Positions 34,901-50,931 are shown, counted from the stretch's first letter. The stretch is DNA of 64,000 bases from Eledone cirrhosa (GCA_964016885.1 OZ024741.1:370884001-370948000), one strand, 5' to 3'. Notes: a model not told the origin generated them from the letters alone. Numbers and translations are program-made.

Positions 34901-37900
34901 ATAATATCACCACAGCCAGTAACAACAGCACCATCATCACCACAACTACCAATAATATCACCACGGGCAGTAACAACACCACCATCATCACCACACCCAG
35001 CAATAATATCACCACGGCCAGTAACAACAGCACCATCATCACCAAACCCAGCAATAATATCACCACCGTCAGCAATAACAGCACCATCATCACCACAACC
35101 AGCAATAATATCACCACGGCCAGTAACAACACCACCATCATCACCACACACACCAATAATATCACCTCGGCCAGTAACAACACCACCATCATCACCACAC
35201 CCAGCAATAATATCACCACCGTCAGCAACAACACCACCATCATCACCACAACCAGCAATAATATCACCACGGCCAGTAACAACAGCACCATCATCACCAC
35301 AACCAGCAATAATATCACCACGGCCAGTAACAACACCACCATCATCACCACACCCACCAATAATTTCACCACCGTCAGTAACAACACCACCATCATCACC
35401 ACAACCAGCAATAATATCACCACGGCCAGTAACAACACCACCATCATCACCACAACCAGCAATAATATCACCACAGCCAGTAACAACACCACCATTATCA
35501 CCACAACCAGCAATAATATCACCACGGCCAGTAACAACACCACCATCATCACCACACCCACCAATAATTTCACCACCGTCAGTAACAACACCACCATCAT
35601 CACCACAACCAGCAATAATATCACCACGGACAGTAACAACACCACCATCATCACCACAACTACCAATAATATCACCACGGCCAGTAACAACACCACCATT
35701 ATCACCACAACCAGCAATAATATCACCACGGCCAGTAACAACACCACCATCATCACCACAACCACCAATAATATCACCACGGCCAGTAACAACAGCACCA
35801 TCATCACCACACCCAGCAATAATATCACCACCGTCAGCAACAACAGCACCATCATCACCACAACCAGCAATAATATCACCACGGCCAGTAACAACACCAC
35901 CATCATCACCACACACACCAATAATATCACCTCGGCCAGTAACAACACCACCACCATCACCACAACTACCAATAATATCACCACGGCCAGTAACAACACC
36001 ACCATCATCACCACACCCACCAATAATATCACCACAGCCGGTAACAACACCACCATCATCAACACAACCAGCAATGATATCATCACGGCCAGTAACAACA
36101 GCACCATCATCACCACACACACCAATAATATCACCACGGCCAGTAACAACACCACCATCATCACCACACCCACCAATAATATCACCACAGCCCGTAACAA
36201 CACCACCATCATCACCACAACCAGCAATAATATCATCACGGCCAGTAACAACAGCACCATCATCACCACACACACCAATAATATCACCACGGCCAGTAAC
36301 AACACAACCATCATCACCACACACACCAATAATATCACCTCGGCCAGTAACAACACCACCACCATCACCACAACCAGCAATAATATCACCACAGCCAGTA
36401 ACAACAGCACCATCATCACCAGAACCAGCAATAATATCACCACGGCCAGTAACAACAGCACAATCATCACCACAACCAGCAATAATATCACCACAGCCAG
36501 TAACAACACCACCATCATCACCACAACCAGCAATAATATCAGCACGGCCAGTAACATCACCACCATCATCACCACATCCAGCAATAATATCACCACGGTC
36601 AGTCACAACACCACCATCATCACCACACCCACCAATAATATCACCACAGCCAGTAACAACACCACCATCATCACCACATCCAGCAATAATATCACCACGG
36701 CCAGTAACAACACCACCCCGATCACCACAACCAGCAATAATATCACCACGGCCAGTAACAACACCACCCCGATCACCACAATCACCAATAATATCACCAC
36801 GGCCAATAACAACACCACCACCATCACCAAAACCAGCAATAATATCACCACAGCCAGTAACCACACCACCATCGTCACCACAACCAGCAATAATATCACA
36901 CCGTCAGTAACAACACCACCATCATCACAACAGCCAGCAATAATATCACCACGGCCAGTAACAACACCACCATCGTCACCACAACCAGCAATAATATCAC
37001 CACTGTCATTAACAACACCACCATCATCACCACAACCAGCAATAATATCACCACGGCCAGTAACAACACCACCATCATCACCACAACCAGCAATAATATC
37101 ACACCGTCAGTAACAACACCACCATCATCACAACAGCCAGCAATAATATCACCACGGCCAGTAACAACACCGCCATCATCACCACAACCAGCAATAATAT
37201 CACCACGGCCAGTAACAACACCACCATCATCACCACACCCACCAATAATATCACCACCGTCAGTAACAACACCACCATCATCACCACAACCACCAATAAT
37301 ATCACCACGGACCGTAACAACACCACCATCATCACCACACCCACCATTAATATCACCACAGCCGGTAACAACACCACCATCATCTCAACAACCAGCAATA
37401 ATATCACCACGGCCTGTAACAACACCACCATCATCACCACACCCACCAATAATATCACCACAGCCATTAACAACACCACCATCGTCACAACAACCAGCAA
37501 TAATATCACCACGGCCAGTAACAACACCACCATCATCACCACAACCAGCAATAATATCACCACGGCCAGTAACAACAACACCATCATCACCACAACCAGC
37601 AATAATATCACCACGGCCAATAACAACACCACCATCATCACCACAACCAGCAATAATATCATCACGGCCAGTAACAACAGCACCATCATCACCACACACA
37701 CCAATAATATCACCACGGCCAGTAACAACAGCGCCATCATCACCACACACACCAATAATATCACCACGGCCAGTAACAACAGCACCATCATCACCACACA
37801 CACCAATAATATCACCACGGCCAGTAACAACAGCGCCATCAGCACCACACCCACCAATAATATCACCACAGCCAGTAACAACACCACCATCATCACCACA

Positions 37901-40900
37901 ACCAGCAATAATATCACCACGGCCAGTAACAACACCACCATCATCACCAAACGCACCAATAATATCACCACAGCCAGTAACAACCCCACCATCATCACCA
38001 CAACCAGCAATAATATCACCACGGCCAGTAACAACAGCACCATCATCACCACAACTACCAATAATATCACCACGGCCAGTAACAACACCACCATCATCAT
38101 CACAACCAGCAATAATATCACCACGGCCAGTATCAACAGCACCATCATCACCACAACCAGCAAAAATATCACCACGGCCAGTAACAACACCACCATCATC
38201 ACCACACCCACCAACAATATCACCACAGCCAGTAACAACACCACCATCATCACCACAACCACCAATAATATCACCACGGCCAGTAACAACACCACCATCA
38301 TCACCACAACCAGCAATAATATCACCACGGCCAGTAACAACACCACCATCATCACCACAACCAGCAATAATATCACCACGGCCAGTAACAACACCACCAT
38401 CATCACCACAACCAGCAATAATATCACCACGGCCAGTAACAACACCACCATCATCACCACAACCAGCAATAATATCACCACGGCCAGTAACAACAGCACC
38501 ATCATCACCACAACCAGCAATAATATCACCACGGCCAGTAACAACAGCACCATCATCACCACACACACCAATAATATCATCACGGCCAGTAACAACAGCA
38601 CCATCATCACAACACACACCAATAATATCACCACGGACAGTAACAACACCACCATCATCACCACACACACCAATAATATCACCACGGCCAGTAACATCAC
38701 CACCATCATCACCACAGCCAGCAATAATATCACCACGGCCAGTAACAACACCACCATCATCACCACAGCCAGCAATAATATCACCACGGCCAGTAACAAC
38801 ACCACCATCATCACCACAACCAGCAATAATATCACCACGGCCAGTAACATCACCACCATCATCACCACAGCCAGCAATAATATCACCACAGCCAGTAACA
38901 ACACCACCATCATCACCACAGCCAGCAATAATAACACCACAGCCAGTAGCAACACCACCATCATCACCACAACCAGCAATAATATCACCACAGCCAGTAA
39001 CAACACCACCATCATCACCACAGCCACCAATAATATCACCTCGGCCAGTAACAACACCACCATCATCACCACACACACCAATAATATCACCTCGGCCAGT
39101 AACAACCCCACCATCATCACCACAACCACCAATAATATCACCACGGCCAGTAACAACACCATCATCATCACCACAACCAGCAATAATATCACCACGGCCA
39201 GTAACAACACCACCATCATCACCACAACCAGCAATAATATCACCACGGCCAGTAACAACACCACCATCATCACCACAACCAGCAATAATATCACCACCGT
39301 CAGTAACAACACCACCATCATCACCACAACCAGCAATAATATCACCACGGCCAGTAACAACACCACCATCATCACCACAACCAGCAATAGTATCACCACA
39401 GCCAGTAACAATACCACCATCATCACCACAACCAGCAATAATATCACCACCGTCAGTAACAACACCACCATCACCACCACAACCACCAATAATATCACCA
39501 CAGCCAGTAACAACAGCACCATCATCACCACACACACCAATAATATCACCACATCCACTAACAACACCACCATCATCACCACAACCAGCAATAATATCAC
39601 CACAGCCAGTAACAACACCACCATCATCACCACAACCAGCAATAATATCACCACAGCCAGTAACAACACCACCATCATCACCACAACCACCAATAATATC
39701 ACCACGGCCAGTAACAACACCACCATCATCACCACAAGCAGCAATAATATCACCACGGCCAGTAACAACACCACCATCATCACCACAACCACCAATAATA
39801 TCACCACGGCCAGTAACAACACCACCATCATCACCACAACCAGCAATAATATCACCACAGCCAGTAACAACACCACCATCATCACCACAACCACCAATAA
39901 TATCACCACGGCCAGTAACAACACCACCATCATCACCACAACCACCAATAATATCACCACGGCCAGTAACAACACCACCATCATCACCACAACCAGCAAT
40001 AATATCACCACAGCCAGTAACAACACCACCATCATCACCACAACCAGCAATAATATCACCACGGCCAGTAACAACACCACCATCATCACCACAACCACCA
40101 ATAATATCACCACGGCCAGTAACAACACCACCATCATCACCACAGCCAGCAATAATATCACCACGGCCAGTAACACCACCATCATCACCACACCCACCAA
40201 TAATATCACCACCGTCAGTAACAACACCACCATCATCAACACACCCAGCAATAATATCACCACGGCCAGTAACAACACCACCATCATCACCACACCCAGC
40301 AATAATATCACCTGGGCCAGTAACAACACCACCATCATCACCACACCCACCAATAATATCACCACCGTCAGTAACAACAGCACCATCATCACCAGAACCA
40401 GCAATAATATCACCACGGCCAGTAACAACACCGCCATCATCACCACAACCAGCAATAATATCACCACGGCCACTAACAACACCACCACCATCACCACAAC
40501 CACCAATAATATCACCACGGCCAGTAACAACACCACCATCGTCACCACAACCAGCAATAATATCACCACGGCCCGTAACAACACCACCATCATCACCACA
40601 CCCACCAATAATATCACCAGGGCCAGTAACAACACCACCATCATCACCACAACCAGCAATAATATCACACCGTCAGTAACAACACCACCACCATCACCAC
40701 AACCACCAATAATATCACCACAGCCAGTAACAACACCACCATCATCACCACACCCACCAATAATATCACCAGGGCCAGTAACAACACCACCATCATCACC
40801 ACAACCAGCAATAATATCACACCGTCAGTAACAACACCACCACCATCACCACAACCACCAATAATATTACCACGGCCAGTAACAACACCACCATCATCAC

Positions 40901-43900
40901 CACAGCCACCAATAATATCACCACCGTCAGTAACAACACCAACACCATCACCACAATCACCAATAATATCACCACGGCCCGTAAAAACACCACCATCATC
41001 ACCACACCCACCATTAATATCACCACTGCCGGTAACACCACCACCATCATCACAACAACCAGCAATAATATCACCACGGCCAGTAACAACACCACCATCA
41101 TCACCACACCCACCAATAATATCACCACAGCCATTAACAACACCACCATCATCACCACAACCAGCAATAATATCACACCGTCAGTAACAACACCACCACC
41201 ATCACCACAACCACCAATAATATCACCACGGCCAGTAACAACACCACCATCATCACCACACCCACCAATAATATCACCACAGCCAATAACAACACCACCA
41301 TCATCACAACAACCAGCAATAATATCACTAGGGCCAGTAACAACACCACCATCATCACCACAACCAGCAATAATATCACCACGGCCAGTAACAACAGCAC
41401 CATCATCACCACAACCAGCAATAATATCACCACGGCCAATAACAACACCACCATCATCACCACAACCAGCAATAATATCACCACGGCCTGTAACAACAGC
41501 GCATTCATCACCACACCCACCAATAATATCACCACAGCCGGTAACAAGACCACCATCATCACCACAACCAGCAATAATATCATCACGGCCAGTAACAACA
41601 CCACCATCATCACCACAACCAGCAATAATATCACCACGGCCAGTAACAACACCACCATCATCACCACAACCAGCAATAATATCACCACGGCCAGTAACAA
41701 CAGCACCATCATCACCACAACCATCAATAATATCACCACGGCCAATAACAACACCACCATCATCACCACAGCCAGCAATAATATCACCACGGCCAGTAAC
41801 AACACCACCATCATCACCTCAACCAGCAATAATATCACCACGGCCAGTAACAACAGCACCATCATCACCACACACACCAATAATATCACCTCGGCCAGTA
41901 ACAACACCACCATCATCACCACAACCAGCAATAATATCACCACAGCCAGTAACAACACCACCATCATCACCACAACCAGCAATAATATCACCACAGCCAG
42001 TAACAACACCACCATCATCACCACAACCACCAATAATACCACCACAGCCACTAACAACACCACCATCACCACCACAACCACCAATAATATCACCACAGCC
42101 AGTAACAACAGCACCATCATCACCACAACCAGCAATAATATCACCACGGCCAGTAACAACACCACCATCATCACCACAACCAGCAATAATATCACCACAG
42201 CCAGTAACAACACCACCATCATCACCACAATCACCAATAATATCACCACGGCCAGTAACAACACCACCATCATCACCACAACCAGCAATAATATCACCAC
42301 AGCCAGTAACAACACCACCATCATCACCACAATCACCAATAATATCACCACGGCCACTAACAACACCACCATCATCACCACAACCAGCAATAATATCACC
42401 ACAGCCAGTAACAACACCACCATCATCACCACAATCACCAATAATATCACCACGGCCAGTAACAACAGCAGCATCACCACCACAACCAGCAATAATATCA
42501 CCACGGCCAGTCACAACACCACCATCATCACCACACCCACCAATAATATCACCACCGTCAGTAACAACACCACCATCATCACCACAACCAGCAATAATAT
42601 CACCAGAGCCAGTAACAACAGCACCATCATCACCACAACCAGCAATAATATCACCACGGCCATTAACAACACCACCATCATCAACACACCCAGCAATAAT
42701 ATCACCACGGCCAGTAACAACACCACCATCATCACCACACCCAGCAATAATATCACCAGGCCAGTAACAACACCACCATCATCACCACAACCAGCAATAA
42801 TATCACCACCGTCAGTAACAACACCACCATCATCACCACAACCAGCAATAATATCACCACAGCCAGTAACAACAGCACCATCATCACCACAACCAGCAAT
42901 AATATCACCACGGCCAGTAACAACACCACCATCATCACCACACCCAGCAATAATATCACCAGGCCAGTAACAACACCACCATCATCACCACAACCAGCAA
43001 TAATATCACCACCGTCAGTAACAACACCACCATCATCACCACAACCAGCAATAATATCACCACGGCCAATAACAACACCACCATCATCACCACAACCAGC
43101 AATAATATCACCACGGCCAGTAACAACAGCGCATTCATCACCACACCCACCAATAATATCACCACAGCCGGTAACAACACCACCATCATCACCACAACCA
43201 GCAATAATATCATCACGGCCAGTAACAACACCACCATCATCACCAAAACCAGCAATAATATCACCACGGCCAGTAACAACACCACCATCATCACCACAGC
43301 CAGCAATAATATCACCACGGCCAGTAACAACAGCACCATCATCACCACAACCAGCAATAATATCACCACGGCCAGTAACAACACCACCATCATCACCACA
43401 GCCAGCAATAATATCACCACGGCCAGTAACAACAGCACCATCATCACCACAACCAGCAATAATATCACCACGGCCAGTAACAACACCACCATCATCACCA
43501 CAGCCAGCAATAATATCACCACGGCCAGTAACAACACCACCATCATCACCACAACCAGCAATAATATCACCACGGCCAATAACAACACCACCATCATCAC
43601 AGCAAGCCAGCAATAATATCACCACGGCCAGTAACAACACCACCATCATCACCACAGCCAGCAATAATATCACCACGGCCAGTAACAACACCACCATCAT
43701 CACCACAACCAGCAATAATATCACCATGGCCAGTAACAACACCACCATCATCACCACAGCCAGCAATAATATCACCACGGCCAGTAACAACACCACCATC
43801 ATCACCACACACACCAATAATATCACCACGGCCAGTAACAACACCACCATCATCACCACAACCAGCAATAATATCACCACGGCCAGTAACAACACCACCA

Positions 43901-46900
43901 TCATCACCACACACACCAATAATATCACCACGGCCAGTAACAACAGCACCATCATCACCACAACCAGCAATAATATCACCTCGGCCAGTAACAACACCAC
44001 CATCATCACCACAACCACCAATAATATCACCACAGCCAGAAACAACACCACCATCATCACCACAACCACGAATAGTATCACCACGGCCAGTAACAACAGC
44101 ACCATCATCACCACACCCAGCAATAATATCACCACACCCACCAATAATATCACCACGGCCAGTAACAACAGCACCATCATCACCACAACCAGCAATAATA
44201 TCACCACGGCCAGTAACAACAGCACCATCATCACCACAACCAGCAATAATATCACCACCGTCAGTAACAACACCACCATCATCACCACAACCAGCAATAA
44301 TATCACCACGGCCAGTAACAACACCACCATCATCACCACAACCAGCAATAATATCACCACAGCCAGTAACAACACCACCATCATCACCACAACCACCAAT
44401 AGTATCACCACAGCCAGTAACAACACCACCATCATCACCACAACCAGCAATAATATCACCACAGCCAGTAACAACAGCACCATCATCACCACAACCACCA
44501 ATAATACCACCACAGCCACTAACAACACCACCATCATCACCACAACCAGCAATAATATCACCACAGCCAGTAACAACACCACCATCATCACCACAATCAC
44601 CAATAATATCACCACGGCCAGTAACAACACCACCATCATCACCACAACCAGCAATAATATCACCACGGCCAGTAACAACACCAGCATCACCACCACAACC
44701 AGCAATAATATCACCACGGCCAGTCACAAACCACCATCATCACCACACCCACCAATAATATCACCACCGTCAGTAACAACACCACCATCATCACCACAAC
44801 CAGCAATAATATCACCACAGCCAGTAACAACACCACCATCATCACCACAACCAGCAATAATATCACCACGGCCAGTAACAACACCACCATCATCAACACA
44901 CCCAGCAATAATATCACCACGGCCAGTAACAACACCAGCATCATCACCACACCCAGCAATAATATCACCAGGCCAGTAACAACACCACCATCATCACCAC
45001 ACCCACCAATAATATAACCACAGCCAGTAACAACACCACCATCATCACCACACCCACCAATAATATCACCACCGTCAGTAACAACACCACCATCATCACC
45101 ACAGCCAGCAATAATATCACCACGGCCAGTAACAACAGCACCATCATTACCACACCCAGCAATAATATCACCACCGCAGTAACAACACCACCATCATCAC
45201 CACAACCAGCAATAATATCACCACGGTCAGTAACAACAGTACCATCATCACCACAACCAGCAATAATATCACCACAGCCAGTAACAACACCACCATCATC
45301 ACCACAACCAGCAATAATATCACCACGGCCAGTAACAACACCACCATCATCACCACACACACCAATAATATCACCTCGGCCAGTAACAACACCACCATCA
45401 TCACCATACCCACCAATAATATCACCACGGCCAGTAACAACACCTCCATCATCACCACAACCAGCAATAATATCACCACGGCCAGTAACAACAGCACCAT
45501 CATCACCAGAACCAGCAATAATATCACCACGGCCAGTAACAACAGCACCATCATCACCACAACCACCAATAATATCACCACAGCCAGTAACAACACCACC
45601 ATCATCACCACAACCAGCAATAATATCAGCACGGCCAGTAACATCACCACCATCATCACCACATCCAGCAATAATATCACCACGGCCAGTAACAACACCA
45701 CCCCGATCACCACAACCAGCAATAATATCACCACGGCCAGTAACAACACCACCCCGATCACCACAACCACCAATAATATCACCACGGCCAGTAACAACAC
45801 CACCATCATCACCACAACCAGCAATAATATCACACCGTCAGTAACAACACCACCACCATCACCACAACCAGCAATAATATCACCACAGCCAGTAACAACA
45901 CCACCATCATCACCACAACCACCAATAATATCACCACGGCCAGTAACAACACCACCATCCTCACCACAACCAGCAATAATATCACCACTGTCATTAACAA
46001 CACCACCATCCTCACCGCAACCAGCAATAATATCACCACGGCCAGTAACAACACCACCATCATCATCACAACCAGCAATAATATCACACCGTCAGTAACA
46101 ACACCGCCATCATCACCACAACCAGCAATAATATCACCACGGCCAGTAACAACACCACCATCATCACCACACCCACCAATAATATCACCACCGTCAGTAA
46201 CAACACCACCACCATCACCACAACCACCAATAATATCACCACGGCCCGTAACAACACCACCATCATCACCACACCCACCATTAATATCACCACAGCCCGT
46301 AACAACACCACCATCATCACAACAACCAGCAATAATATCACCACGGCCAGTAACAACACCACCATCATCACCACACTCACCAATAATATCACCATAGCCA
46401 TTAACAACACCACCATCATCACAACAACCAGCAATAATATCACTACGGCCAGTAACAACACCACCATCATCACCACAACCAGCAATAATATCACCACGGC
46501 CAGTAACAACAGCACCATCATCACCACAACCAGCAATAATATCACCACGGCCAATAACAACACCACCATCATCACCACAACCAGCAATAATATCACCACG
46601 GCCAGTAACAACAGCGCCATCATCACCACACCCACCAATAATATCACCACAGCCGGTAACAACACCACCATCATCACCACAACCAGCAATAATATCACCA
46701 CGGCCAGTAACAACACCACCATCATCACCACAACCAGCAATAATATCACCACGGCCAGTAACAACACCACCATCATCACCACAACCAGCAATAATATCAC
46801 CACGGCCAGTAACAACACCACCATCATCACCACACACACCAATAATATCACCTCGGTCAGTAACAACACCACCATCATCACCACAACCAGCAATAATATC

Positions 46901-49900
46901 ACCACGGCCAGTAACAACCCCACCATCATCACCACAACCACCAATAATATCACCACGGCCAGTAACAACACCACCATCATCACCACAACCACCAATAATA
47001 TCACCACCGTCAGTAACAACAGCACCATCATCACCACAACCAGCAATAATATCACCACGGCCAGTAACAACACCACCATCATCACCACAACCAGCAATAA
47101 TATCACCACGGCCAGTAACAACACCACCATCATCACCACAACCAGCAATAATATCACCACGGCCAGTAACAACACCACCATCATCACCACAACCAGCAAT
47201 AATATCACCACGGCCAGTAACAACACCACCATCATCACCACACCCACCAATAATATCACCACGGCCAGTAACAACACCACCATCATCACCTCAACCAGCA
47301 ATAACATCACCACGGCCAGTAACAACACCACCATCATCACCACAACCAGCAATAATATCACCACGGCCAGTAACAACACCACCATCATCACCACAACCAG
47401 CAATAATATCACCACGGCCAGTAACAACACCACCATCATCACCACACCCACCAATAATATCACCACGGCCAGTAACAACACCACCATCATCACCTCAACC
47501 AGCAATAACATCACCACGGCCAGTAACAACAGCACCATCATCACCACAACCAGCAATAATATCACCACGGCCAGTAACAACAGCACCATCATCACCACAA
47601 CCAGGAATAATATCACCACGGCCAGTAACAACACCACCATCATCACAACACACCAATAATATCACCTCGGTCAGTAACAACACCACCATCATCACCACAA
47701 CCAGCAATAATATCATCACGGCCAGTAACAACACCACCATCATCACCACACACACCAATAATATCACCACGGCCAGTAACAACACCACCATCATCACCAC
47801 ACACACCAATAATATCACCTCGGTCAGTAACAACACCACCATCATCACCACAACCAGCAATAATATCACCACAGCCGGTAACAACACCACCATCATCACC
47901 ACAACCAGCAATAATATCACCACGGCCAGTAACAACACCACCATCATCACCACAACCAGCAATAATATCACCACGGCCAGTAACATCACCACCATCATCA
48001 CCACAGCCAGCAATAATATCACCACGGCCAGTAACAACACCACCATCATCACCACAACCAGCAATAATATCACCACGGCCAGTAACAACACCACCATAAT
48101 CACCACAACCAGCAATAATATCACCACGGCCAGTAACAACAGCACCATCATCACCACAACCAGCAATAATATCACCACGGCCAGTAACAACAGCACCATC
48201 ATCAAAAACACCCACCAATAATATCACCACAGCCAGTAACATCACCACCATCATCACCACAGCCAGCAATAATATAACCACGGCCAGTAACAACACCACC
48301 ATCATCACCACAGCCAGCAATAATATCACCACGGCCAGTAACAACAGCACCATCATCACCACACCCAGCAATAATATCACCACCGTCAGTAACAACACCA
48401 CCATCATCACCACAACCAGCAATAATATCACCACTGTCAGTAACAACAGCACCATCATCACCACAACCAGCAATAATATCACCACGGCCAGTAACAACAG
48501 CACCATCATCACCAGAACCAGCAATAATATCACCACGGCCAGTAACAACAGCACCATCATCACCAGAACCAGCAATAATATCACCACGGCCAGTATCAAC
48601 AGCACCATCATCACCAGAACCAGCAATAATATCACCACCGTCAGTAACAACACCACCATCATCACCACAACCAGCAATAATATCACCACGGTCAGTAACA
48701 ACAGCACCATCATCACCACAACCAGCAATAATATCACCACGGCCAGTAACATCACCACCATCATCACCACATCCAGCAATAATATCACCACGGCCAGTAA
48801 CAACACCACCCCGATCACCACAACCACCAATAATATCACCACGGCCAGTAACAACAGCACCATCATCACCACAACCAGCAATAATATAACTACCGCCAGT
48901 AACAACACCACCATCATCACCACAACCAGCAATAATATCACCACGGCCAGTAACAACACCACCATCATCACCACAACCAGCAATAATATCACCACGGCCA
49001 GTACCAACACCACCATCATCACCGCAACCAGCAATAATATCACCACGGCCAGTAACAACACCACCATCATCACCACAACCAGCAATAATATCACACCGTC
49101 AGTAACAACACCACCACCATCACCACAACCAGCAATAATATCACCACGGCCAGTAACAACACCACCATCATCACCACACCCACCAATAATATCACCACCG
49201 TCAGTAACAACACCACCACCATCACCACAACCACCAATAATATCACCACGGCCCGTAACAACACCACCATCATCACCACACCCACCATTAATATCACCAC
49301 AGCCAGTAACAACACCACCATCATCACCACAGCCACCATTAATATCACCACGGCCTGTATCAACAGCACCATCATCACAACAACCAGCAATAATATCACC
49401 ACGGCCAGTAACAACACCACCATCATCACCACAACCAGCAATAATATCACCACGGTCAGTAACAACAGTACCATCATCACCACACCCACCAATAATATCA
49501 CCACACCCACCAATAATATCACTACACCCACCAATAATATCACCACAGCCAGTAACAACACCACCATCATCACCACAACCAGCAATAATATCACCACGGC
49601 CAGTATCAACAGCACCATCATCACCACAACCAGCAATAATATCACCACGGCCAGTAACAACACCACCATCATCACCACACCCACCAATAATATCACCACA
49701 GCCAGTAACAACACCACCATCATCACCACAACCAGCAATAATATCACCACGGCCAGTAACAACACCACCATCATCACCACAACTACCAATAATATCACCA
49801 CGGCCAGTAACAACACCACCATCATCACCACAACCAGCAATAATATCACCACGGCCAGTATCAACAGCACCATCATCACCACAACCAGCAATAATATCAC

Positions 49901-50390
49901 CACGGCCAGTAACAACACCACCATCATCACCACACCCACCAATAATATCACCACAGCCAGTAACAACACCACCATCATCACCACAACCAGCAATAATATC
50001 ACCACGGCCAGTAACAACAGCACCATCATCACCACAACCAGCAATAATATCACCACGGCCAGTAACAACAGCACCATCATCACCACACACACCAATAATA
50101 TCACCACGGCCAGTAACAACACCACCATCATCACCTCAACCAGCAATAATATCACCACGGCCAGTAACAACACCACCATCATCACCACACACACCAATAA
50201 TATCACCACAGCCAGTAACAACAGCACCATCATCACCACAACCAGCAATAATATCACCACGGCCAGTAACAACAGCACCATCATCACCTCAACCAGCAAT
50301 AATATCACCACGGCCAGTAACAACAGCACCATCATCACCACACACACCAATAATATCACCACAGCCAGTAACAACAGCACCACCACCACT
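25950..50390. repeat. Tandem array 2: 51-bp unit aataatatcaccacggccagtaacaacaccaccatcatcaccacaaccagc, with occasional 21-bp short units
   Basis: Visible 51-bp periodicity over ~24.4 kb (roughly 480 units). Reads NNITTASNNTTIITTTS or IISPRPVTTPPSSPQPA on the + strand; the third frame is closed. Confidence 0.97.
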
Positions 50391-50931
50391 AACAGCAGCC
50401 ATCAATCACTATGACCACCCCAGTCACAACCAAAACCCCACTGAAAGCATGAACATTTCTTTCTGTAAAATAAGGAACAACAAACTTCAGCTACACAATT
50501 TGCAATGAAAGCCTTGCCAAGAAGTTGCCACATGTAATCTACAACTACGCTTTCTCCTTTCTGTTGGGGAAACGCCTTCTCCATTCTGTCCATCGGGGTT
50601 GTGGGGAGGCCAAGCTGTGGGTTTCCATTTGCTCACCATACAGAGAGATGGGGAGAGCGAGAGAGATGGAGGCGATGACAGAGAGAGTTGGGCTCTTCTA
50701 CGTTCGGACCATATCCTTGTAGTTGTGTTTATCATATATATAGAAAATCTACTATTTTCTGAAATTCCGGTAAGTCTCTTTATTTACCTGTTATAATTCA
50801 TTTATTGTTAATTTCTGTTGTTGTGAAAGGGACATAAGCCCTTGGACTTTGCCCTGTGAAGGGGAAACTATGTTATTTGGGCCTTTTGGCCCTTATGTTT
50901 GAACTTTGTTTAAAACAAATTTTTTTTACAC

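Larger units (their letters stand above)
2384..50414 (+). other. Candidate giant mucin-like/glycoprotein repeat exon, or a pseudogenised one; coding status unproven
   Basis: Long + ORFs: 2384..7093 open without an early ATG, 8079..14945 (2288 aa), 29240..32899, 32998..37113. Most length variants are multiples of 3. Against: more than 20 frame switches, several recurrent, and no signal peptide or flanking mucin domain (vWD, SEA, CysD) seen in the window. Confidence 0.25.

Noticed and set aside
2380-50389. Very long minus-strand Val/Leu/Met ORFs (e.g. 2380..7059, 31485..36596, 37099..40668) as membrane proteins
   Set aside because: Antisense shadow of the Pro frame; uninterrupted hydrophobic polymer with no loops or domains.
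2447-50390. CRISPR array or telomeric repeat
   Set aside because: No unique spacers and no cas genes; eukaryotic context; no TTAGGG/TTAGG tandem units.
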